From an uncultured Nitrospiraceae bacterium (GTDB taxonomy: Bacteria; Nitrospirota; Thermodesulfovibrionia; Thermodesulfovibrionales; Dissulfurispiraceae), in contig CAMTVO010000043.1 in assembly GCA_947085205.1 (NCBI GenBank), positions 1 to 56,855 of the forward strand: a stretch of 56,855 nt of DNA, given 5' to 3'. The translations under genes and the position numbers were made by a program. Below, piece by piece: positions 10,929 to 19,827 of the stretch (within the stretch, counting starts at the first letter, position 1; each line of letters starts with the position of its first letter). Below the pieces are notes generated by a model, which was not told the origin of the DNA, did no database searches, and saw only the letters and a program-made list of their open reading frames with translations.

Positions 10929-12101
10929 ATGAATAAACTCAGATTTCTTACGGCAGGCGAATCTCACGGCAAGGGATTGACCGGAATACTCGAAGGAATT
11001 CCGGCAGGTCTTCTTTTATCATCCGAAGATATAGATAAAGAACTCAAAAAAAGGCAGGCAGGATACGGCCGAGGCGGCAGGATGAAGATAGAAAGCGACC
11101 GCGCGGAGATAATCTCAGGAGTGAGATGGGGAAAAACCATCGGCTCTCCGATATCGCTTCTTATAGAGAACAAAGACTGGAAAAACTGGGAACAGGGCAT
11201 GTCATCCGACAGCCGGCATGAAGGCTCTATAGACGCCGTAACAAGACCGAGGCCCGGACATGCAGACCTTGCAGGAGCGTTAAAATATGGGCACAAAGAC
11301 ATAAGGAATATCCTCGAACGCTCAAGCGCGCGGGAAACGGCCATGCGCGTCGCGATAGGCGCGGTGGCGAAAAAATTCCTTTCCGAGTTCGGAATCGATG
11401 TAGGCAGCTATGTAATACAAATAGGAAGCGTGAAAATTCCAAATTTCAAATTTCAAATTTCAAATTTGGAAGGAATTTTCAAAAAAGCAGAAGATTCTCC
11501 TGTGAAATGCCCTGATGAAGAGGCATCGAAAAAAATGATAGGGCTGATAGACACCGCTTCCAAAAACGGGGACACGCTGGGAGGGATTTTTGAGGTTGTC
11601 ACAACAGGAATCCCCGCAGGTCTCGGAAGCCATATACAATGGGATAAACGGCTTGATGGCAGGCTTGCACAGGCATTGATGGGTATTCAGGCAATAAAGG
11701 GCGTTGAGATAGGAACGGGCTTTGAAATGTCGGAAAGATTCGGCTCAGAGGTTATGGATGAGATATTTTACGACGGTTCACGGTTTTACAGAGAGACGAA
11801 TCACGCTGGCGGTATCGAAGGCGGGATGACAAACGGAATGCCTGTTATTATAAGGGCGGCTATGAAACCTATCCCTACATTAAGGAAACCGCTGCGGTCA
11901 GTTGATATTATTACAAAAGAGCCTTTTGAAGCTGCTTATGAACGCTCGGATACCTGCGCTGTCCCTGCCGCCGCGGTAATAGGCGAAGCAATGACAGCCA
12001 TTGTCATCGCCGACGCCCTAATCGAAAAATTCGGTGGTGACAGTATGGAAGAGACAAAGAGGAATGCTGCCGGGTATCTGGAGCATTTAAAAAACTTTTA
12101 G
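10929..12101 (+). CDS. aroC: Chorismate synthase
   Basis: LRFLTAGESHG, RPGHAD, ERSSARETA, GGIEGGMTNG, ERSD; (AAATTTC)n insert at 11434-11468. Confidence 0.96.
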   Translation: MNKLRFLTAGESHGKGLTGILEGIPAGLLLSSEDIDKELKKRQAGYGRGGRMKIESDRAEIISGVRWGKTIGSPISLLIENKDWKNWEQGMSSDSRHEGSIDAVTRPRPGHADLAGALKYGHKDIRNILERSSARETAMRVAIGAVAKKFLSEFGIDVGSYVIQIGSVKIPNFKFQISNLEGIFKKAEDSPVKCPDEEASKKMIGLIDTASKNGDTLGGIFEVVTTGIPAGLGSHIQWDKRLDGRLAQALMGIQAIKGVEIGTGFEMSERFGSEVMDEIFYDGSRFYRETNHAGGIEGGMTNGMPVIIRAAMKPIPTLRKPLRSVDIITKEPFEAAYERSDTCAVPAAAVIGEAMTAIVIADALIEKFGGDSMEETKRNAAGYLEHLKNF

Positions 12102-12197
12102 TCACAGCACTTGTATTTGATTTTGCAGAAAAGATTTGTTAAACCAAGACTGTCTATTTTATCCACTGCGATAAAATTTGCTAAACTACAGTAAATT

Positions 12198-13310
12198 ATG
12201 ATAATCGGCATCCCTAAAGAGATTAAGAAAGAGGAATACAGGGTCGGGATTACGCCCTTTGGTGTGGAAGAACTCAAGAGGGATGGACATACAATCCTTA
12301 TAGAAACCGGCGCTGGTGAAGGCAGCGGATTTTCCGACGAAGAATATCTCAAGGCAGATGCGGATATTGTTGACAGAGAGACCGTATTCAAGAAATCGGA
12401 TTTAATCGTAAAAGTAAAAGAGCCCCTTCCACAGGAATATGATTTAATCAGAGAAGGACAGGCAATATTTACATACCTGCATTTGGCGCCCAATCAAAAG
12501 CTTACAGAACTTCTTTTAAATAAAAAGGTCTCTGCCCTCGGATACGAAACCCTTCAGAAAGATGGAACACTCCCGCTCCTCGCTCCCATGAGTGAGATAG
12601 CAGGCAGAATGGCTCCAATAGTAGGTTCGTACTACCTCCAGAGGATTCATGGCGGCAGAGGCATTCTGCCTACAGGAGTTTGTGGTGTTGCCCCTGCAAA
12701 GGCATTGATATTGGGAGCAGGAGTCGTAGGCACCAATGCAGCCCGCGTCTGCTGCGGCATTGGAATGGATACAGCAGTAATGAATAGAGGCATTGAAAGA
12801 TTGCAGAGAATAGATGAGATGTTCATGGGAAGGGTAAAGACCCTCCTCCTCACAATGCGCAATATAAAGGAAGAGATAAAAGACGCCGATATTATAATCG
12901 GGGCTGTACTTGTGCCGGGTGGAAGGACTCCCATACTCATAACAAAAGAGACGCTAAAAACTATGAAGAAAGGCTCTGTAATAGTCGATGTATCAGTGGA
13001 TCAGGGAGGCTGCGTTGAGACATCAAGACCGACGACCCATGACAATCCTGTCTATGAGGTCGACGGAATAATTCACTACGCAGTTGTAAATATGCCCGGC
13101 GCATATCCGAGGACATCTACCATTGCGCTCACTAACGCAACACTGCCGTACATCAAATTCATTGCCAAAAGGGGCATTTCAAATTCGATAAGCGAAGATG
13201 CGGCGATAAAAAGTGCGCTCAATACATACGCCGGAGAGATAGTGAACAAGGCGATTGCAAACTCTCTGGGTATCGCTTATAAAAGCATAGGTGCTATAAT
13301 TAATACATGA
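12198..13310 (+). CDS. ald: Alanine dehydrogenase
   Basis: MIIGIPKEIK..EYRV, KVKEP, FTYLHLA, PMSEIAG, DQGGC, NMPGA. Confidence 0.95.
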   Translation: MIIGIPKEIKKEEYRVGITPFGVEELKRDGHTILIETGAGEGSGFSDEEYLKADADIVDRETVFKKSDLIVKVKEPLPQEYDLIREGQAIFTYLHLAPNQKLTELLLNKKVSALGYETLQKDGTLPLLAPMSEIAGRMAPIVGSYYLQRIHGGRGILPTGVCGVAPAKALILGAGVVGTNAARVCCGIGMDTAVMNRGIERLQRIDEMFMGRVKTLLLTMRNIKEEIKDADIIIGAVLVPGGRTPILITKETLKTMKKGSVIVDVSVDQGGCVETSRPTTHDNPVYEVDGIIHYAVVNMPGAYPRTSTIALTNATLPYIKFIAKRGISNSISEDAAIKSALNTYAGEIVNKAIANSLGIAYKSIGAIINT

Positions 13311-15262
13311 GGACTGAAGGCAACAAGCAGGGCATTCTCTTTCTCATCATATTAAGCTTATTATTTTTCACGCTTTCTCCGGATTCCCCTGCAGCAGAGG
13401 AATCCGACAAGCATTTATCCGAAGCAGCCCGCCACTTATCAGAAGGCAGAGACCATCTCGACAAAGGCAATTACGATGCCGCAATAAGCCGGTTGACTTC
13501 AGCCTATGAAAAGCTGCCGATACTCGGAGACTATGCGCTTTTCTGGAGGGCAAAGGCTTATGAGGACAAAGATGATACAGATAAGGCAATTTCTGATTTG
13601 AGGGCAATAAAAGAAAGATTCAAGGACTCGCCGCTGATAAAAAATGTCAGAATAAAAGAGATAGAAATTGCAAAAAAGAAAAGCAGTCCTGATTTAATCA
13701 GGCTTTTTGAAGGCTTTGTAAGGGATTATCCGTCGGAATTCAGCATCAAATATGCTTATGCGTTATCCTTAAAGGAAAACAACGAAACAGAAAAGGCAAA
13801 AAAGATTTTTAAAGAAATATTAATATCCGTCTCGCCTTTCTCAAAAAACGCATTTCATGAACTTTCGCCGTCGGATATAACGGCTGAAGACCTTGTAAAA
13901 AAGGGTGAAAATCTCAATAAGGCATGGCTTTTCGGAGAGGCGGAGAAATCGCTTAGAGATGCCTTGCAAAAAGACAGCGGGCAGCTTAGACCCGATATTT
14001 TAGAAAAGTTGGCATACTCCATTTTCAGGCAGAAGAGGTATAAAGAGGCGGCTAATATTTACAGAGATATTAACAACCGCTACTGGAGGGCAAGGTCGGT
14101 ATTCAGGGCAGGAGACATGGAGACCTTCGAGTCGGAGCTTTCCGAGCTTTTAAAAACAGGAGACAAAAGGGTCGCATCCTTGTTAATCGCCTATGGAAAC
14201 AAAAAAAGAAGGGACGGCGATATTGAAAAGGCATTAGAGACCTTCAACAATACTCTATCTAAATATCCTTCCGAAAAAGAGGAAATACTCTGGGCAAAGG
14301 GCTGGACTTACTATTTATCGGGGGACTCTAAAAATGCATCCGAGATTTTCTCAAAGCTCCATGACACATACGGCGGTTCAAAGTATATTTACTGGAAAAA
14401 CAAGCGCTCGGAAATATCAGGCGATGGACAACCTGCAAAGGCATCGGCCAAGAAGATGCCTGCGCACCGCGATTTCTATGCATTTCTGTCCATCCTTAAG
14501 AGCAATCTAAAACCGCAGGTCATAGAAGACACGTCGCTAAAAGTTTTTACAACATCTCAAGCGGCAGAGAGGTTTGAAATTCTCAATGTTCTTGGATTGC
14601 GACAGGAAGCGGTTTCTGAATTAATGCACTTGTCAAGAAAGAGTCCTGACCGGAATCAGCTTGTATACATAAGCTCCCATCTCAAAAATTTAGGCAATTA
14701 CAAAATGTCTGTGAATCTCGCCGCAAAGGTTCAATACAGCGAAGATCTGCACGGACTATTTTATCCTGCGGCCTTTCCTGAAGAAGTTGAAGAGGCATCG
14801 AGAAAAAACAACATAGACCCGCTTTTAATCCTTTCGGTGATGCGGGAGGAGTCGAGGTTCGATGCAGAGGCGAGGTCGATTGCAGGAGCTCTGGGATTAA
14901 TGCAGTTAATGCCGCACACTGCGCAAAAATTCGACAAGCATGTCAAAGTCTCTTTAAAAAATTCAAGCCAGCTTTATGACGCAAGGACAAACATACTTAT
15001 AGGCTCATACTATTTAAAGCATCTGATAAAGACATTCAATTCGATACCGATTGCCATTGCAGCTTACAATGCAGGAGAGGACGCCGTGAGGGATTGGCTG
15101 AAAAAGCGGAGCTACAGCACCATAGACGAATTCATCGAGGACATACCGTATGATGAGACGAGGAATTATGTAAAAAGGGTTTTGACCACTTATTTCGAAT
15201 ACATTAGAGCAAACAGAGATATCGATGTCTCAGCAGCAAAAAAGCATATTGGAAATCTTTAA
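13307..15262 (+). CDS. TPR-containing soluble lytic transglycosylase
   Basis: Signal peptide, TPR-like helices, SLT motifs REESRF, GLMQLMP, AYNAG, ETRNYV. Confidence 0.92.
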   Translation: MRTEGNKQGILFLIILSLLFFTLSPDSPAAEESDKHLSEAARHLSEGRDHLDKGNYDAAISRLTSAYEKLPILGDYALFWRAKAYEDKDDTDKAISDLRAIKERFKDSPLIKNVRIKEIEIAKKKSSPDLIRLFEGFVRDYPSEFSIKYAYALSLKENNETEKAKKIFKEILISVSPFSKNAFHELSPSDITAEDLVKKGENLNKAWLFGEAEKSLRDALQKDSGQLRPDILEKLAYSIFRQKRYKEAANIYRDINNRYWRARSVFRAGDMETFESELSELLKTGDKRVASLLIAYGNKKRRDGDIEKALETFNNTLSKYPSEKEEILWAKGWTYYLSGDSKNASEIFSKLHDTYGGSKYIYWKNKRSEISGDGQPAKASAKKMPAHRDFYAFLSILKSNLKPQVIEDTSLKVFTTSQAAERFEILNVLGLRQEAVSELMHLSRKSPDRNQLVYISSHLKNLGNYKMSVNLAAKVQYSEDLHGLFYPAAFPEEVEEASRKNNIDPLLILSVMREESRFDAEARSIAGALGLMQLMPHTAQKFDKHVKVSLKNSSQLYDARTNILIGSYYLKHLIKTFNSIPIAIAAYNAGEDAVRDWLKKRSYSTIDEFIEDIPYDETRNYVKRVLTTYFEYIRANRDIDVSAAKKHIGNL

Positions 15263-15266
15263 TATT

Positions 15267-15318
15267 GCAGGAGTGTAATCGTTCACTAGGTGAGGCTGGT
15301 GAACGATTACGCAGGAGT
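15267..15318. mobile_element. 36-bp palindromic mini-element flanked by 8-bp direct repeats
   Basis: GCAGGAGT (15267-74), GTAATCGTTCAC...GTGAACGATTAC (perfect 12-bp IR, 15275-15310), GCAGGAGT (15311-18). Confidence 0.6.
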
Positions 15319-15423
15319 TTATTTTTTGAATAAAAATTGTGTATCATTTTATAGAGTTATAGAGTTAAATGAATTACTATAATGCTCTACGCTTAACGCT
15401 ATAACGCTATCAAGGAGGCCGAT

Positions 15424-15645
15424 GTGGAAGCGTTGAGGACATTCGAAGAAAAAATAGCCGTTGCCGTTGAAAAAGTAAGGACCCTGAAGGAAGAAAAAAA
15501 CTCTCTCGAAAGAAGGGTCGAAGAGCTCGAAGACGCCCTTAGATTAAAAGACATGGAGATAGAGAGATTAACGCTCGAAAAGTCTGCAGTAAAGAGCCAG
15601 ATAGAAGACCTTTTGAACGAGCTTGAGTCCATAGGCATGAAATAG
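15424..15645 (+). CDS. zapB: Cell division protein ZapB-like coiled coil
   Basis: 73-aa coiled coil directly upstream of zapA; RBS AGGAGG, GTG start. Confidence 0.7.
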   Translation: MEALRTFEEKIAVAVEKVRTLKEEKNSLERRVEELEDALRLKDMEIERLTLEKSAVKSQIEDLLNELESIGMK

Positions 15646-15650
15646 CGGTC

Positions 15651-15926
15651 ATGGGAAGCATAGAAGTAACGATACTCGGACAGAAATATCTAATAAGGGG
15701 GGATGTCCCTCCGGAGTATATCAAACAGATTGCAGACTTTGTAGACGGCAAGCTCCAGGAGGTCTATACTACTTCTCCTGATATAACTCCCCTGAAGGCT
15801 GCAATCCTTGCTGCCTTAAATATTGCTGATGAACTGCACAGGATTAAAAATGAATACAACTCCATCTCACAAAGCTTAAGACATATTGAAAACAAAGCGG
15901 ATAGTATAATAAGGCTCTTTGATTAA
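15651..15926 (+). CDS. zapA: Cell division protein ZapA
   Basis: VTILGQKY, A..VD, AILAALNIADEL. Confidence 0.9.
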   Translation: MGSIEVTILGQKYLIRGDVPPEYIKQIADFVDGKLQEVYTTSPDITPLKAAILAALNIADELHRIKNEYNSISQSLRHIENKADSIIRLFD

Positions 15927-16864
15927 CCTGCAACTGCGCATTGCCTTTTATCTGTCCTGAAACAGCCTCCCCCTGCATCCTTGGCATATTTCTTCATTTC
16001 TGATGCTACCTCTGCCATCTCGCCGTAATGTGAAAACTTTTTAAGCTTATTATGTGCAATCCCTATGGAGATGCCTATCAGCGGGAATGTCCTTTTATTT
16101 CCCTCCCTATCAACAGATTCTATGAAACCCTTTACCCTGTCTTCTGCATCATAAAAGGTAGGTATTATCTTATTGAAATTATCTATGAGCTCTCCAGATG
16201 CATCTTCTATAAACACCGAGTCCATTATAAACACAAAATCATCGCCGCCTATATGTCCGACAAAGCTCCCATGAGGCTGTTTACCTTTGACTATATTTAG
16301 AACAAGGCGTCCGAACATCTTCAAGACCTCATCTCCCCGGCTGAAACCATACCTGTCATTGTAGGGTTTAAAATAATCGAGGTCAGCATAGGCGAGTGCA
16401 AAAACATCTCCGGCATCCAATCTTTTCTGCATCTGCTTGATTATTGCAATGTTCCCCGGCAGCCGTGTAAGGGGATTAACCTCAACAGTCCTCTCTGCCC
16501 TGTGCATGCATAAGCCAACCTTTGTCAACAACTCCGTCTCAAGACGCGACTTCCTTAAATAGTCGTCAACAAGCAGATAATCCCAGTCCGGGATGACAAA
16601 CTTGTCATCGAATATGGCAAGGACAGGCAACTGGCCAAATATAGGGTCGCCTTTCAATTCATTTAGAATATTCACTGTAAAATCATCCGTATCTATGCCA
16701 ATATCAATGATCAGCATGTCCGGAATGGAGTTGTAAATATAATCAAGCGAAGATTGCATATTGGAAAAATCAGCAACCCCATAAGACTCCTTGAGGAGTC
16801 TGTCGATTATGCTTGTCAAGACCATGTCTTTGGTTATAACGACTACTGTCTTTGGGCTACTCAT
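15923..16864 (-). CDS. Diguanylate cyclase-family protein (degenerate REC + GGDEF)
   Basis: NPLTRLPGN, DLDYFKPYND, GHIGGDDF; start MSSPK overlaps the upstream stop. Confidence 0.85.
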   Translation of the reverse strand: MSSPKTVVVITKDMVLTSIIDRLLKESYGVADFSNMQSSLDYIYNSIPDMLIIDIGIDTDDFTVNILNELKGDPIFGQLPVLAIFDDKFVIPDWDYLLVDDYLRKSRLETELLTKVGLCMHRAERTVEVNPLTRLPGNIAIIKQMQKRLDAGDVFALAYADLDYFKPYNDRYGFSRGDEVLKMFGRLVLNIVKGKQPHGSFVGHIGGDDFVFIMDSVFIEDASGELIDNFNKIIPTFYDAEDRVKGFIESVDREGNKRTFPLIGISIGIAHNKLKKFSHYGEMAEVASEMKKYAKDAGGGCFRTDKRQCAVAG

Positions 16865-17693
16865 CAGAAAGAAGGAAGTCCTCTGCCTGAGACAAGGAGT
16901 CTTCCATCTCCGCAAATATATCTTTTAAATCTTCTTCCGAAAGATTGAGGCTCTGCCATGCAGAACCATTAACTGCCGGGACAAAGTTATTGCCTGCAAA
17001 ACCAAATCCCTTTGCCCTCACAAGAATATCAGACAAATGCACTATCGCTGTCTGCACAGGAACACTCTTTGAGAGGTGAGGCTTATGATGGTATTCTATC
17101 ACCTCGACAAGGCTCCTCGGGAAATTCCATTTCTGTGCAATCCATGCCCCTGCATCAGCGTGATTTATATTGAAATAGTTTTTCTCTGCATCAACTATAA
17201 AAATATCCTTGGACTCTGCCTCGGCCATAATCTTTTTGTATTCTCCAGGGAACTTCAATCCCAGAACAACCTTCCCTATGTCGTGAAGCAGGGCAGCAAC
17301 AGAAACCTCCTCTGGCTCCTTCAAATCTTTCTTTTTAGCGATTATCCTTGCTGTAATGGCACAGCCCAGAGAGTGCTCCCACAGTCCGACCATGGTTTTC
17401 TGCATTGCCTCAAATACAGAGACGCCAAGGAGCATGCCTTTTACAACATTTAAACCTAAAAGTATCAATGCCTGACTTACAGAAGATATCCTGCCGGGAA
17501 AACCGTAAACAGGCGAGTTAACCACCTTGAGAACCCTTGATGTAAGGACAGGGTCGTTTGATATAAAGCTGCCCACTTCATTCAGAGAGATTTTTGGATT
17601 TTCAATAACAACCAATAGCTTCCTCAAAACGCTTGGTATTGTTGGAAGGGTATCTATCTTCTCAATCTGACTGCGCAGTGCCTGTATGTCCAT
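16857..17693 (-). CDS. HDOD domain protein
   Basis: LPTIP, DPVLTSRVLKVVNSP, WEHS, LLHDIGK, W.FP, YHH. Confidence 0.9.
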   Translation of the reverse strand: MDIQALRSQIEKIDTLPTIPSVLRKLLVVIENPKISLNEVGSFISNDPVLTSRVLKVVNSPVYGFPGRISSVSQALILLGLNVVKGMLLGVSVFEAMQKTMVGLWEHSLGCAITARIIAKKKDLKEPEEVSVAALLHDIGKVVLGLKFPGEYKKIMAEAESKDIFIVDAEKNYFNINHADAGAWIAQKWNFPRSLVEVIEYHHKPHLSKSVPVQTAIVHLSDILVRAKGFGFAGNNFVPAVNGSAWQSLNLSEEDLKDIFAEMEDSLSQAEDFLLSDE

Positions 17694-17695
17694 GA

Positions 17696-17992
17696 TTATT
17701 TATATAACTCCTCTATATGCTCTTCAAGCAGCCTTTTTAACGTGCCCATATGTGGCTCATTTCCTGTCTTTTTGAATCTTGCGTCTATTTCGGACATGAT
17801 ATCTTCCTTTGACTTCTGAGGCTTTGATACCCCTTCGACATAAACACTGCTCATATTCATATTTTGGAGCCTCTCAATAAGAGAACCTGTAAGCTCAGTG
17901 CCCTCTCCAAGGAGTACCATGCCGGCTTCGTTTACAACCGGTTTTGATAGTTTCATCCCCGGCTTAAGACTATTGACAGAAACCTTCGGCAA
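17696..17992 (-). CDS. Small protein resembling the N-terminal module of HD-GYP/HDOD proteins
   Basis: LKPGMKLSKPV...G..LL..G..LT..LIERL pattern; paralog at 51100-51390; TTG start after GGAGGT. Confidence 0.7.
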   Translation of the reverse strand: MPKVSVNSLKPGMKLSKPVVNEAGMVLLGEGTELTGSLIERLQNMNMSSVYVEGVSKPQKSKEDIMSEIDARFKKTGNEPHMGTLKRLLEEHIEELYK

Positions 17993-18068
17993 ACCATTAC
18001 CTCCATGTGGTGCTTTTGACAGGTATTATATCATAAAAGCGTGCAAGATATAGCAACGAAAAAGAGTT

Positions 18069-18206
18069 CGAAAAATAGACATAGAACTATAAATGCTTGA
18101 ATTACCTGTCATTGCGAGAACCCGAAGGGTTCGTGGCAATCTTTCTGTAAAAGCTTGAGATTGTTTCGTTTCACTCGCAATGACAACTTTCTATGTCTAT
18201 TTTTCG
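18069..18206. mobile_element. MITE-like element with 18-bp terminal inverted repeats and an internal palindrome
   Basis: CGAAAAATAGACATAGAA / TTCTATGTCTATTTTTCG perfect IR; internal GTCATTGCGAG...CTCGCAATGAC. Confidence 0.75.
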
Positions 18207-18260
18207 GCTTGCAGAAGGACATGTAATCTGATATGCTTTTAAAAAATACAGAAGGAGGGG

Positions 18261-18884
18261 ATGCATATGAAGGAGGCGGTTAAAGAATTACTAAGGGCAA
18301 TGCATGAGATGGCAAATAATGCAGAAAACTGCATATCTTTTTTACAGACCGCATTTATTTATAATTCATCGAAACCTTTAAAAGACTGCCGCTCAAATGT
18401 GGAGGCCATTAAAAAAGCAGAGGCTCAACTAACAAAAAAGGTGACAGAGACAGCACGGGATAATAATGATTTAAAGCCGTATATTTCTGTCCCCGTGCAC
18501 CTTTTAAGGATCGGCGAGAACATAGAAAAGCTCACAGATCTCATGGACAAAAAGATAAAGGATAATATCCTCTTCAGCGACAAGGCTGTAACAGAAGTAA
18601 CATTTCTCCTGCAGAGACTTATCGATATACTTAGGCCTACATCGGATGTGATACTTGCAAAAAATACAATCCTGAGGAGATATGTTGAAGAGTCCGAAGT
18701 CGGAATAGTGAGAAGAGCAACGGAATATGCAACGCTCCATGAAGAGAGGCTCATCGAGGGCTTGTGTCTTCCAGTGGCTTCATCGCTGTATATAAACATG
18801 CTCGATGCGATTAAGAATATCGCATGGCATGCAAAAGAGATAGCAACAAAACTTATAGAGTGGTCGTTGCCTAAGGCGCAATGA
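18261..18884 (+). CDS. PhoU-like helical protein
   Basis: Two helical repeats with RIGENIE and H..RL..G.C...AS..Y..ML, similar to the Na/Pi cotransporter PhoU domain. Confidence 0.7.
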   Translation: MHMKEAVKELLRAMHEMANNAENCISFLQTAFIYNSSKPLKDCRSNVEAIKKAEAQLTKKVTETARDNNDLKPYISVPVHLLRIGENIEKLTDLMDKKIKDNILFSDKAVTEVTFLLQRLIDILRPTSDVILAKNTILRRYVEESEVGIVRRATEYATLHEERLIEGLCLPVASSLYINMLDAIKNIAWHAKEIATKLIEWSLPKAQ

Positions 18885-18888
18885 GCTT

Positions 18889-19809
18889 ATGCAGTTCAAC
18901 CATATTGCATCCTATCTCAGGCTGTCCCGTGGCAAGCTTTGGGAGAAGGTAAGGCTTGCTGAAGATATATTGACGAACTGCACCCTCTGTCCGAGAAACT
19001 GCAAGGTTGACAGGACTTCAGGAAATGTAGGTTTCTGCAGGACAGGGGACAAGCTTTTTGTTGCAAGCTGGGGGCCTCATTTCGGAGAGGAGAGGCCGCT
19101 TGTAGGAAAGTTCGGCTCCGGAACCATATTCTTCAGTTTCTGCAATCTTGGATGCATATTCTGCCAGAACTGGACAATAAGCCATCTTGGCGAAGGCAAT
19201 GAAATATCCTACGAGAAGCTCGCAAAAATCATGCTGGAACTTCAAAGCATAGACTGCCACAACATAAACCTCGTGACCCCGACCCACCAGGTGCCCATGA
19301 TACTGCATTCAATCGCCATCGCCTCAGAAATGGGTCTGAATATACCCATCGTGTATAATTGCGGAGGCTACGAATCCCTTGAGGCAGTAAAGATACTCGA
19401 CGGAGTTGTGGACATATACATGCCTGATTTCAAATATTCAAATCCCGATATGGCGCTCAAATACTCGAAAGCAAAAGACTATCCCGAGAAGGCAAAAGCT
19501 GCAATCAAAGAGATGCACCGACAGGTTGGAGACCTCATAATTGATGAAAAAGGAGTTGCAGTGAGGGGCGTTCTCGTCAGACACCTTGTCCTGCCTGAAG
19601 GCATTGCAGGCACAAAAGAGGTTGTGCGATTTATTGCAGAGGAGATTTCCAAAAATACTTACATAAATATAATGGATCAGTATTACCCTTGCTACAAGGC
19701 ATTTGAGCACCCTCCCCTCGACAGGAGGATAACAACCAAAGAATATACCGAGGCTGTAAAAATGGCAATGGATGCAGGATTAAAAAGGATCGATGGAGTA
19801 ACTATATAA
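18889..19809 (+). CDS. Radical SAM protein, PflX-like
   Basis: CTLCPRNC, HFGEE, GSGTIFF, CNLGCIFCQN, YMPDFKY, VRHLVLP. Confidence 0.9.
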   Translation: MQFNHIASYLRLSRGKLWEKVRLAEDILTNCTLCPRNCKVDRTSGNVGFCRTGDKLFVASWGPHFGEERPLVGKFGSGTIFFSFCNLGCIFCQNWTISHLGEGNEISYEKLAKIMLELQSIDCHNINLVTPTHQVPMILHSIAIASEMGLNIPIVYNCGGYESLEAVKILDGVVDIYMPDFKYSNPDMALKYSKAKDYPEKAKAAIKEMHRQVGDLIIDEKGVAVRGVLVRHLVLPEGIAGTKEVVRFIAEEISKNTYINIMDQYYPCYKAFEHPPLDRRITTKEYTEAVKMAMDAGLKRIDGVTI

Positions 19810-19827
19810 GTGGGAAGTGAGGAATAG

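Noticed and set aside
15920..15930. 6S RNA downstream of zapA
   Set aside because: The zapA stop overlaps the stop of a convergent gene, leaving no room
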